This document shows, in pieces, positions 8,365 to 18,053 of a stretch of 64,000 bases of DNA. Made by a program: the position numbers and the translations under genes. Origin of the DNA: an uncultured Gemmatimonadaceae bacterium (GTDB lineage: Bacteria > Gemmatimonadota > Gemmatimonadetes > Gemmatimonadales > Gemmatimonadaceae); assembly GCA_963740355.1 (NCBI GenBank), contig CAVUDW010000002.1, forward strand, positions 1,312,001-1,376,000, written 5' to 3'. The stretch's first letter is position 1, and the number at the start of each line of letters is the position of its first letter. Below the pieces are notes generated by a model. The model was not told the origin of the DNA. It saw only the letters and a program-made list of their open reading frames with translations, and did not search any database.

Positions 8365-11300
8365 ATGAAGGTGATCAGAGGTCTGATGGCCGCAGCAGTT
8401 GGCGGTCTCCTTATGGCACATCCACTGCAGGCACAGGGTGCCCGTGGTGCGATTTCCGGTCGAGTCGTGGACTCGACCAGCCAACTCCCGATGCAAAGCG
8501 TGACCGTCACGATTGAGGGCACCCAGCGCGGCGCCATCACGCGTGTCGACGGCGGCTTTACCCTGGCTGACTTGCCGGCTGGCACCGCCCGCCTGCGCGT
8601 CACTCGTATCGGTTACACCCCGCAGGTGAAGGATGTTTCGGTGGTGCCCGGCCAGACGGCCACCGTGCGTTTCACGATGCAGGCTGTGGCCGCGAACCTC
8701 GGCGCTGTCGTCGTGACGGGCTACGGCTCGCAGCGCAAGGAAGCCGTCACGGGCTCCGTGGCGACGATCAACGCTGACGAAGCGAACGTCGGTGTCGTGT
8801 CCAACCCGACGCAGCTGCTCGCCGCTCGCGCACCGGGCGTCAACGTCACCCTGAACAGCGGTGAGCCGGGTGCCGGCGCACAGATCCGCATCCGTGGTGG
8901 CACATCGATCAGCGCCAGCAATGATCCGCTCTACGTCATTGACGGTGTGCCGCTCCAGAACAACGAGTCGGAAGCCCGCGGTTACGGCATCGGCGGTTCA
9001 CCGGCCCTCGGCCGCAACCCGCTCAACGCCATCAACCCGTCGGACATCGCCTCGGTGACGGTCCTCAAGGACGCCGCTGCGACCGCCATTTACGGCAGCC
9101 GCGGTGCAAACGGCGTGGTGCTCATCGAGACGAAGAAGGGTCGTCCGGGCGCCGCCACGATGGAATACGAGACGTACGCCGCCTTCGGTCAGGCCGCCAA
9201 CTCGCTCAACTTCCTGACCGGTTCGGAATACCGCAGCTTCATTCAGGACCAGATCACGAAGGGCACGTTGCCGGCGTCGCGCCTCGCGTCGCAGGGCACA
9301 GCGAACACGGATTGGGAGAACGAAACCCGCCGCACCTCGCTGACCCAGAATCACAACCTGTCATTCGCTGGTGGTAACCAGTCGACCACGTTCCGCGCCT
9401 CGCTGAACTTCGCCGACCAGCAGGGCATCGTCGTCTCGAACGGCTTCAAGCGTCTCCAGGCCCGCCTCAACGGCAGCCACGAAGCGCTCAACGGCCGCCT
9501 CCGCATTGGACTCAACCTGAGCTCCTCGCGCATCGAGAACGACTACCTCCCGTTTGAAAACACGGGTGGTTTCGAAGGTGGTGTGTTCCAGAACGTCGCC
9601 GTCTTCAACCCGACGCGCCCGGTCTACGTGACGGATCCCGTCACGCAGCAGCAGCGCTTCTACGAAATCGGCACTGGCCGTCAGTCGGTCCGTAACCCGG
9701 TCGCGCTGGCCTTCCAGACGCTGGACGAAGGCCAGACGATGCGCACATTGGCCAACGTCACCTCGTCGTTCTCGATCTTCCCGAGCCTCATCGCACAGCT
9801 GAACGTTGGTTCTGACCGCTCGAACGGTCAGCGCAACGTCTACCTGCCGAAGGATGGCGCGGTCGGTTCCGAGTTCGGTGGCCTGGCGCAGCAGTCACAG
9901 CGCGCCCTGTCCAACCAGACGTTGCAGACGTTGCTCACCTGGTCGCCGACGGTTGGCCATGAAGCCGACTTCGACATCGTCGGTGGCTACGAGTACACCG
10001 ATTTCGACAACACGGACTTCTCGGCCCAGAGCCAAGGCTTCACGACGGACGCCTTCACGTTCAACAACCTTGGCGCCGGCGCACGTCCGCAGATCCCGCA
10101 GTCCTACCAGGAGCAGAGCCGCCTGGTGTCGTTCTTCACCCGCGCCAACGTCGGGTACAAGAACAAGTACTTCCTGACCGGCGTGCTGCGTCGCGACGGT
10201 TCGTCGCGCTTCGGTACGGCCAACAAGTGGGCCGTCTTCCCGGCACTCTCCGGTTCATGGCTCATCTCTGACGAGTCGTTCGCCAAGGGCCTGCCGTTCT
10301 CACAGCTCAAGCTCCGCGCCGGCTACGGCCTCCAGGGCAACCAGGCTGTGGCACCGTATGCATCGCTCCCGTCGCTCGCACCGGACGGCGGCGCACGCTA
10401 CGTGTTCGGCAACACCACGTACACGGGCATCGTGCCGAACGTGAATGCGAACCCCGACCTCAAGTGGGAGCAGTCGGCGCAGTCGAACATCGCCTTCGAC
10501 TACGGCTTCATGGACGGCAAGTTCAGCGGCTCGCTCGAGTACTACAACAAGAAGACCACGGACCTGCTCCTCACGGTTCCGATCTCGCAGACGGGTTCGG
10601 CCTTCGTCTCGACCCAGCTCCAGAACATCGGCTCCGTGTCGAACAAGGGTCTCGAGTTCTCGATGGACGCTCGCATGTATGAGCGCGCCGGTCGCGGCCT
10701 CAACCTGACCGCCGGTCTCGTCTTCTCGGTCGAGCGCAACAAGGTCCTCGACCTTGGCCCGGCCAGCTTCATCGAAACTGGCGGCGTCAGCGGCCAGGGC
10801 CAGACGGGTGTGAATTCACAGCGCATCATCCCCGGCCAGCCGATCGGCACCTTCTACGGCTTCGAGTTCGCGGGTTTCAACACCACCGGCCAGCAGCTGT
10901 TCAACACCTACACGGTGGTGAAGGATGCGGACGGCAACATCACGAGCCGCACCAAGAGCGGCACGTCGATCGCTCCGGGCTCGGATGACAAGGTCATCAT
11001 CGGCAATGCGAACCCGAACTTCAGCCTTGGCCTCCGCAGCAATGCGACCTGGCACGGCTTCGACGCCAGCTGGCTGTGGCGCGCAGAGCAGGGCCGCGAT
11101 GTCTTCAACAACACGGACCTGGTCTACGGCACCAAGGCGAACGTCACGCAGGACAAGAACTTCCTGCGCTCGGCTCTTTCCTCACCGGAAGGCCTGACCG
11201 AGCCGTCGCAGTACTCGTCGCGCTATGTGGAGAACGGTTCTTTCGTCCGCCTCCAGAACGTGACGATTGGTTACTCGTTCAAGCTCCCCGCTGGCCAGAA

Positions 11301-11466
11301 GCCGGTCCGCGTGTATGTCTCGGGCGACAACCTGCTCCTCTTCACGCCGTACACCGGCTACGACCCGGAAGTGTTCATCGATTCCGGCCTGGCCTCACGC
11401 GGCATCGACTACCTGTCGTACCCGCGCGCCCGGACCTTTACGACCGGTTTCCGCATTCAGTTCTGA
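8365..11466 (+). CDS. susC: SusC/RagA family TonB-dependent outer-membrane transporter
   Basis: AGGAG RBS before ATG 8365. CarboxypepD_reg N-domain; VVVTGYGSQ, IRIRGGTS, PLYVIDGVP, VLKDAAATAIYGSRGANGV, NPDLKWE; C-terminal Phe. Confidence 0.95.
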   Translation: MKVIRGLMAAAVGGLLMAHPLQAQGARGAISGRVVDSTSQLPMQSVTVTIEGTQRGAITRVDGGFTLADLPAGTARLRVTRIGYTPQVKDVSVVPGQTATVRFTMQAVAANLGAVVVTGYGSQRKEAVTGSVATINADEANVGVVSNPTQLLAARAPGVNVTLNSGEPGAGAQIRIRGGTSISASNDPLYVIDGVPLQNNESEARGYGIGGSPALGRNPLNAINPSDIASVTVLKDAAATAIYGSRGANGVVLIETKKGRPGAATMEYETYAAFGQAANSLNFLTGSEYRSFIQDQITKGTLPASRLASQGTANTDWENETRRTSLTQNHNLSFAGGNQSTTFRASLNFADQQGIVVSNGFKRLQARLNGSHEALNGRLRIGLNLSSSRIENDYLPFENTGGFEGGVFQNVAVFNPTRPVYVTDPVTQQQRFYEIGTGRQSVRNPVALAFQTLDEGQTMRTLANVTSSFSIFPSLIAQLNVGSDRSNGQRNVYLPKDGAVGSEFGGLAQQSQRALSNQTLQTLLTWSPTVGHEADFDIVGGYEYTDFDNTDFSAQSQGFTTDAFTFNNLGAGARPQIPQSYQEQSRLVSFFTRANVGYKNKYFLTGVLRRDGSSRFGTANKWAVFPALSGSWLISDESFAKGLPFSQLKLRAGYGLQGNQAVAPYASLPSLAPDGGARYVFGNTTYTGIVPNVNANPDLKWEQSAQSNIAFDYGFMDGKFSGSLEYYNKKTTDLLLTVPISQTGSAFVSTQLQNIGSVSNKGLEFSMDARMYERAGRGLNLTAGLVFSVERNKVLDLGPASFIETGGVSGQGQTGVNSQRIIPGQPIGTFYGFEFAGFNTTGQQLFNTYTVVKDADGNITSRTKSGTSIAPGSDDKVIIGNANPNFSLGLRSNATWHGFDASWLWRAEQGRDVFNNTDLVYGTKANVTQDKNFLRSALSSPEGLTEPSQYSSRYVENGSFVRLQNVTIGYSFKLPAGQKPVRVYVSGDNLLLFTPYTGYDPEVFIDSGLASRGIDYLSYPRARTFTTGFRIQF

Positions 11467-11532
11467 AGCAGGACAACGGTTCCGCTCTGATTTTTGCTTG
11501 ACTTCCTACCTGTTTCATTGAGGCGAATGCGA

Positions 11533-13110
11533 ATGTCTCTGTTGCGAAACCCGATCCGCATGGCGCGCCTTGGCGCGCTCATGCTGGTCCCCGTCGGTCT
11601 GATGGTCGGTTGCACCGACCTGAAGGAGACCCCGACGAGCCTGATCACGAAGGACACGTTCTACAAGAATTCCGATGAGGTGTTCGCCGGCTTGACGTCG
11701 GTGTATGCCAACCTTCGGAACAACATGGAGGACTACTACGCCCTCAACTCGATCAGCTCCGCCGAGGGTGTCGTGCCCGTGCGTGGTGGTGACTGGTTCG
11801 ACAACGGCGCGTGGCTCGAACTCCACCGTCAGGGCTGGACGCCGACCAGCGTGACCGGTCTGCGCGAAGTCTCGAACATCTGGAACCAGCAGTACGCCGG
11901 TGTGGCTCGCGCCAACATCGTGCTCGAAGCGCTCGACAACGTCACGATCCCGAACCAGGCCGCCATCAAGGCCGAACTCCGGGCCCTCCGGGCGCTGTAC
12001 TACATGCAGCTGATGGACGTGTACGGCGGCGTGCCGATTGCCACCGACACGAAGGTCGAGCAGCGCGATCCGAAGACGCGCGCTGAAGTCTTCGCGTTTG
12101 TCGAGACCGAGCTCAAGGCCGCTCGTGCCGACCTGCCGAAGACCTGGCCCGATCAGCAGGGTCGCCTCACCCGCGGCGCTGCCGATGCCATGCTCGCCAG
12201 CCTGTACCTGAATGCGCGAGTCTGGGGTGGAACTCCGACGGCTACGGGCATCACGCTCGGCGCCGCCAAGTGGACCGAAGCGTCGGCATTCGCCGACAGC
12301 GTGATCAACAACGGCAACTACTCGTTGGCTGGCGCGTCGTACTCCAATGCCTGCGGTACGGGCTTCAAGGCGACGTTCTGCTTCACCAACCAGGATTCGC
12401 CTGAGAACGTGTTCGTCGTGCGCGGCAAGGCAGTTGACGGCCTCGGCTTCAACCGCCAGTACAACGCCCTGCACTACAACAGCTTCGCTGGTGGTGGTGG
12501 CTGGAACGGCTGGTCGATCGTGGAGCAGACGTACAATGCGTTTGACCCGTCCGACGTCCGTCGCACGACGATTCTCGCTGGCCCGCAGGTGGACCTGTTC
12601 ACCGGCGCACCGGTCAACAACCGTCAGGGCACGCGACTCATCTTCACCGCAACCATTGCTGACATCACGGCTGCGAACGAAGGCGAAGGCGTCCGGCTCT
12701 ACAAGTTCCCGCTCGATCCGAACCGTGCCGGCAACGCCAGCGGCAACGACTTCACGATCTATCGCCTCGCCGAGATGTACCTGATCAAGGCCGAAGCGCA
12801 GAATGAACTGGGCAATGGTGCCGCCGCTGCTGCGGCGCTCAACATCGTCCGCGCTCGCGCCTTCCCGGGCGATGCGTCCAAGCTCATCGCCTTCACCAGT
12901 CAAGCGCAGATGCGCGCCGCCATCTTCGCTGAGCGCGTGTTCGAGCTCACCGGCGAAGGCAAGCGTCGCCAGGACCAGATCCGCGAGGGTACCTACACCT
13001 CCGGCACCTGGTTCGGGAAGACGGCAACGCCGGCCTTCAAGGTCGTCCTGCCCATCCCGCTGGCGCAGATCAACACCAACCCGAAGCTCGTTCAGAACCC
13101 GGGTTACTGA
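11533..13110 (+). CDS. susD: RagB/SusD family outer-membrane lipoprotein
   Basis: Lipobox LMVGC; RLAEMYLIKAEA, ERVFELTGEGKRRQD, C-terminal QNPGY; directly after susC. Start could also be 11527. Confidence 0.95.
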   Translation: MSLLRNPIRMARLGALMLVPVGLMVGCTDLKETPTSLITKDTFYKNSDEVFAGLTSVYANLRNNMEDYYALNSISSAEGVVPVRGGDWFDNGAWLELHRQGWTPTSVTGLREVSNIWNQQYAGVARANIVLEALDNVTIPNQAAIKAELRALRALYYMQLMDVYGGVPIATDTKVEQRDPKTRAEVFAFVETELKAARADLPKTWPDQQGRLTRGAADAMLASLYLNARVWGGTPTATGITLGAAKWTEASAFADSVINNGNYSLAGASYSNACGTGFKATFCFTNQDSPENVFVVRGKAVDGLGFNRQYNALHYNSFAGGGGWNGWSIVEQTYNAFDPSDVRRTTILAGPQVDLFTGAPVNNRQGTRLIFTATIADITAANEGEGVRLYKFPLDPNRAGNASGNDFTIYRLAEMYLIKAEAQNELGNGAAAAAALNIVRARAFPGDASKLIAFTSQAQMRAAIFAERVFELTGEGKRRQDQIREGTYTSGTWFGKTATPAFKVVLPIPLAQINTNPKLVQNPGY

Positions 13111-13143
13111 TCGCTGCTGGGCAATTGAAGTTGTGGTAACTTT

Positions 13144-13186
13144 CAGGGCCTGCACCGGTACACCGGTGCAGGCCCTGTTGTTTATT
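13144..13186 (+). terminator. Rho-independent terminator or stabilising hairpin after susD
   Basis: Inverted repeat cagggcctgcaccggt-ac-accggtgcaggccctg followed by ttgtttatt. Confidence 0.75.
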
Positions 13187-13244
13187 CGAACGCATCTGGC
13201 GCGGTGGCCCGCGCCATTCTCATCGATGAAGCGAAGAACGCGGC

Positions 13245-16200
13245 ATGAGTGACAGATCGACGGTTGTGCGGAGGGCGTGTCTCACGCTGCTCTGCCTCTC
13301 CGCTGGCTGCAAGGGCGAGACTGCAGCGACGAAGGCCCCCGAGGTGCAGCGATCAGCGAACGCGCCGTCCGTAGACGGCACGCTGTTCACGAAGATGCCT
13401 TCGGCCTACACGGGCGTACGATTCGAGAACCGGATCACCGAGACGGATTCGCTGAACGTCTTCGTCTACCGCAATTTTTACAATGGCGGTGGCGTCGCGA
13501 TCGGCGACCTGAATGGTGACAGCCTGCCGGAAGTGATCCTTGGCAGCAACCTCAAGGGTCCGGCCGTCTTCCTCAATGAAGGCAAGTTCCGGTTCCGGGA
13601 CGTCACGACAGCATCACATCTCGTGACGACCAAGCCGTGGACGACGGGGCTGGCCCTCGCCGATGTGAATGGCGACGGCAAGCTGGATGTCTACGTCAGC
13701 CACGCGGGCACTGGCAGCGCCGAGAGTCGTCAGAACGAGCTCTGGATCAACGAAGGGAACGACGCAAACGGCGTGCCGACCTTCTCGGAACAGGCGGCGA
13801 AGTACGGCATTGCCGACGATGGCTTCACCACGCAGGCCGCCTTCCTCGACTACGACCGCGACGGCGACCTCGATCTCATCGTCATCAACAACTCGCCCCG
13901 TCCCGCCAGCAGCTTCGGCCTGCGCAACACCCGGGCGGAGCGCAATCACAACGGCGGCGATCGACTCTATCGCAATGATGGCGGGAAGTTCACCGACGTC
14001 AGCGAGAAGGCGGGAATCTTTGGCAGTGAAGTCGGCTTCGGACTTGGCCTCGGCGTGGCCGACATCAACCACGATGGCTGGCCGGATATCTACATCTCGA
14101 ACGACTTCTTCGAGCACGACTACATCTACCTGAACAATCACGACGGCACGTTCCGCGAGGTGATGCAGTCGGCGCTCGCGAATAGCAGCTACTTCTCGAT
14201 GGGCATGGACATCGCGGACGTGGACAATGATGGCCAGGATGACATCTACACGACCGACATGTTCCCGGAGGACGAGTACCGCCTTCGCACCACGACATCT
14301 TTTGACGGCTGGGACGTGTACCAGGCCAAGCTGCGCAATGACTATGGCCACCAGTTCATGCGCAACATGCTCCAGCACAACAATGCGGACGGCACGTTCA
14401 GCGATGTGGGACAGATGGCTGGTGTGTCGCGCACCGATTGGAGCTGGAGCGCCCTCATCACCGATCTCGATCTCGATGGCCGGAAGGACATCTACGTCAC
14501 CAATGGGTTGCTCCGGGATGTGACGTCGCAGGAGTACCTCGCCTTCATCGCCAACAACACCGAGACAGCGCGGCAGGTGACGACGGGTGGCAAGGTGGAC
14601 TTCATGGCGCTCACCAACGCGATGAGCACCACGCCGATCGCCGACTACATGTTCCGCAATGACGGCGGGCTGCATTTCAGCAATCAGGCCAGGGCTTGGG
14701 GCCTCGACACACCCAACATCTCCAGTGGCGCCGCCTACGGTGACCTGGACGGCGACGGTGCGCTCGACCTGGTGGTGAACAATGCGAATCTCGAGTCGTT
14801 CATCTACCGCAACAACGCGCGGACGCTGAACCCGGCGAACCACTTCGTGCAGGTACAGCTCGAAGGCACGGGCCTGAATCGCTTCGCCATCGGCGCGCGC
14901 GTCACGCTCTGGAGCGGGGCTGAACGCTTCGTGCAGGAGCAGTCGCCGGTCCGCGGGTTCCAATCGAGCATGGATTACACGCTCACCTTCGGTGTCGGTA
15001 GCAAGGCGACGCTCGATTCGCTCACGGTCGACTGGCCTGACGGCAAGCACAGCCAGCAGTCGGCGATCGCTGGCAACAGTCGTGTGACGATGAAATACGC
15101 GTCGGCGGCCGCCGGGTCGACGACAGCACCTGTCCCGCCCGTGACGATCCTCGCCGATGTCACGAAGGCGGCCGCGATCGGGTTCACGCACCGCGAGAGC
15201 GATTTCGTGGACTTCGATCGCGAGCGGCTGATTCCCCGGATGCTGTCGACGGATGGCCCGGCCGCTGCCACCGGCGATGTGAATGGCGACGGCCTGGACG
15301 ACCTGTTCATCGGCGGGGCCAAGGATCAGGCGGGACAACTCCTGCTGCAGCGCCCAGACGGCACCTTCGCACCGAGCAACGCGGGTCTCTTCGAGCAGGA
15401 CGCCGTGTCAGAGGATGTCGGCGCACTCTTCTTCGACGCCAACGGCGACAAGTACCCCGACCTCTATGTGGTCAGCGGCAGCAACGAATACGCACAAGGC
15501 GCGTCTGCCTTGCAGGATCGTCTCTACCTGAACGATGGCCGCGGCAACTTCCGCAAGACGACCGACGCACTGCCCGTCGAGGCGAACAGTGGCTCGCGCG
15601 TGACAGCGGCCGACTATGACGGCGACGGTGACCTCGACCTCTTCGTCGGCAGCCGCAGCATTCCGTGGCGCTACGGCATCGATCCCGTGAGCATGCTGCT
15701 GCGCAATGATGGCAAGGGGCACTTCACCGACGTCACCACACAGCTGGCTCCGGCCCTGGCGACCGTCGGCATGGTGACGGATGCCACCTGGCAGGATGTC
15801 GATGGCGACCGTCGCCCGGATCTCGTCGTGGTCGGCGAGTGGATGCCGATCACGGTCTTCCACAACGCGGGCGGTGGGCGCCTCGTGAAGGCCACCGTGC
15901 GCGGCCTGGAACAGAGCAGCGGCTGGTGGAACCGGATCGTCGCCGGTGATTTCAACGGCGACGGCAAGATCGATTTCATCGTCGGCAACCTCGGGCTCAA
16001 CAGTCGACTGCGTCGCCACCCCGGCCGAGCCCACGACGATGTACGTGAAGGACTTCGATGGCAACGGCTTTGCCGACCAGATCATCGCCTGCTTCAGCCA
16101 CGGCAAGAGTTATCCGCTGGTGCTGCGCGATGAGATGATCAAGGCGTTGCCGCCCCTCAAGGTGCGGTTCCTCAGCTACACCGACTACGCCAAGGCCGGG

Positions 16201-16638
16201 GTCAACGACATCTTCAAGCCCGAAGACCTCGCCGATGCCGTGAAGAAGAAGGCCGAGACTTTCGCCAGTGCCTTCATGCGCAACAACGGCGATGGTTCCT
16301 TCACGCTGGTGCCGCTGCCGGACGACGCGCAACTGGCGCCGATCTACGGTATCGCTGTCGACGATGTGGATGGCGATGGCATCAACGACCTGCTGCTGGG
16401 CGGAAATTTCGATGGGGTAAAGCCTGACATCGCACGGCTCAGCGAGTCGTATGGTGTGGTGTTGCGCGGCGCGAAGAACGGCACGTTTACGGCGGTGTCC
16501 CGGAACTCGAGTGGATTTTTCGTGCCTGGACAGACCCGCGAGATCCTGCGCGTCCGATCACGTGATGGTGATCGCATCGTGGTCGCGCGCAACAATGACA
16601 AGCCTCTCGTCTTCCGATCTAACGGAGCCAAACAATGA
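13245..16638 (+). pseudogene. FG-GAP/VCBS repeat + ASPIC/UnbV (CRTAC1-like) lipoprotein split by a +1 frameshift near 16014
   Basis: Lipobox LSAGC; many DxNGDG repeats; GFQSS...FGVG ASPIC motif. ORFs 13245..16133 and 15946..16638 join into about 1130 aa if one base near 16014 is removed, giving NSRLRATPAEP, colinear with the paralog at 18054. Confidence 0.8.
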
Positions 16639-18044
16639 GCAGAGTTGTGAATTCCGCAGCGCTGGTGCTGCTCGGCGTCGTGCTGGCCGGCTGTAAGGGA
16701 CCGGCTGGTGGTACGCAGCCAGCCAAGCCTGCCGGTGGCAGCGAAGCGACCAGCGCAGTAGCGGGCGCGCCCGTCTCCAGCACCGACGCAGAGCCGCTGC
16801 ATGACGCGGTGAAGCAAGTCAATGACGTCATCGTCTACGACATCTTCAGCCCGGTGCAGGCGAGCCGCGTCTATGCATACGCGAGCGTGGCTGCCTATGA
16901 GGTGCTGCGCCAGGCCGACACGTCGTACCACTCGTTGGCTGGCCAACTCAACCAGCTGTCGCCGGTACCGACTCCACCGGCCGGCGTCGAGATCTCACTA
17001 CCGCTCGCGGGCGTGCATGCCTACATGGCCGTCGGCCGCGCGCTGACCTTTTCGCAGGCCCGGCTTGATACGCTGCGGAAGGCGATGGACCAGCGGCTGC
17101 GCACAGGGCTCTCGGTCGATGTGTACAACCAATCCATCGCGTACGGCGACACGGTCGCGAAATTCGTGCTCGCCTGGGCAGGTAAGGATCACTACCGGGA
17201 GACGCGCGGCATGCCGAAGTACAGTGTGCTGCGGACGCCTGGTCGATGGATTCCCACGCCACCAGCGTACATGGACGGCGTGGAACCGAACTGGGGAGTG
17301 CTGCGGGCCTTTGTGATGGATACGTCAAATCAGTTCAAGCCGGCACCGCCATTCGCATGGGATACCACGAAGAACAGTCCGTTCATGCGCGAGGCCGCCG
17401 AGGTGTACCGCGTTGGCGTGAATCTGACTGACGAGCAACGTGCGATCGCCGCCTTCTGGGACTGCAATCCCTTCGTGATGCACGTGCAGGGGCACACCAT
17501 GTTCGCCACCAAGAAGATGTCGCCAGGTGGACACTGGATGGGCATCGTCCGATTGGCGTCACACAAGGCGAATGCGAATATGACGCGTTCCGCTGAGGCG
17601 TATGCGCGCACCGCGATCGCGCTGTCCGAGGCGTTTCTCAGTATCTGGGCCGAGAAATACCGGAGTAACGTGATTCGCCCGGAGACCGTCATCCAGACCT
17701 ACATCGATGAAAAGTGGGAGCCTGTGCTCCAGACGCCTCCGTTCCCGGAGTACACCAGCGGCCACAGCGGGATCTCGACCGCCGCATCAGTTGTGCTGAC
17801 GGACTTCTTCGGCGACAAGTTCTCGTTCGCGGATTCCACCGAAGTCGAGTACGGGTTGCCGGTGCGGTCGTTCCCGTCTTTTGACGCCGCCGCGAAGGAG
17901 GCGGCCATCAGCCGGCTGTACGGCGGCATCCACTACCGGCGCGCGGTCGAGCAAGGCCAGGTGCAGGGGAAGCAGGTGGGTGAGTACGTCGTGTCGAAGG
18001 TCGTGACGCGTGGACCGCGTCCGACAGTCACCGCGGCGAAGTAG
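16635..18044 (+). CDS. Vanadium-dependent haloperoxidase / PAP2-superfamily lipoprotein
   Basis: Lipobox LAGC; K-x6-RP (KYRSNVIRP), PEYTSGHS and SRLYGGIHY vanadate/phosphate-binding motifs. Confidence 0.85.
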   Translation: MSRVVNSAALVLLGVVLAGCKGPAGGTQPAKPAGGSEATSAVAGAPVSSTDAEPLHDAVKQVNDVIVYDIFSPVQASRVYAYASVAAYEVLRQADTSYHSLAGQLNQLSPVPTPPAGVEISLPLAGVHAYMAVGRALTFSQARLDTLRKAMDQRLRTGLSVDVYNQSIAYGDTVAKFVLAWAGKDHYRETRGMPKYSVLRTPGRWIPTPPAYMDGVEPNWGVLRAFVMDTSNQFKPAPPFAWDTTKNSPFMREAAEVYRVGVNLTDEQRAIAAFWDCNPFVMHVQGHTMFATKKMSPGGHWMGIVRLASHKANANMTRSAEAYARTAIALSEAFLSIWAEKYRSNVIRPETVIQTYIDEKWEPVLQTPPFPEYTSGHSGISTAASVVLTDFFGDKFSFADSTEVEYGLPVRSFPSFDAAAKEAAISRLYGGIHYRRAVEQGQVQGKQVGEYVVSKVVTRGPRPTVTAAK

Positions 18045-18053
18045 CGCGGCACC

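Noticed and set aside
11515..15338. Long antisense ORFs 11515..13155 and 13614..15338 (also 34490..36085, 39652..41226, 32121..33599)
   Set aside because: Shadow frames of well-supported genes, expected at high GC3.
16005..16025. Programmed ribosomal frameshift or phase variation
   Set aside because: No X-XXY-YYZ slippery site or long homopolymer; only a 4-C run nearby.
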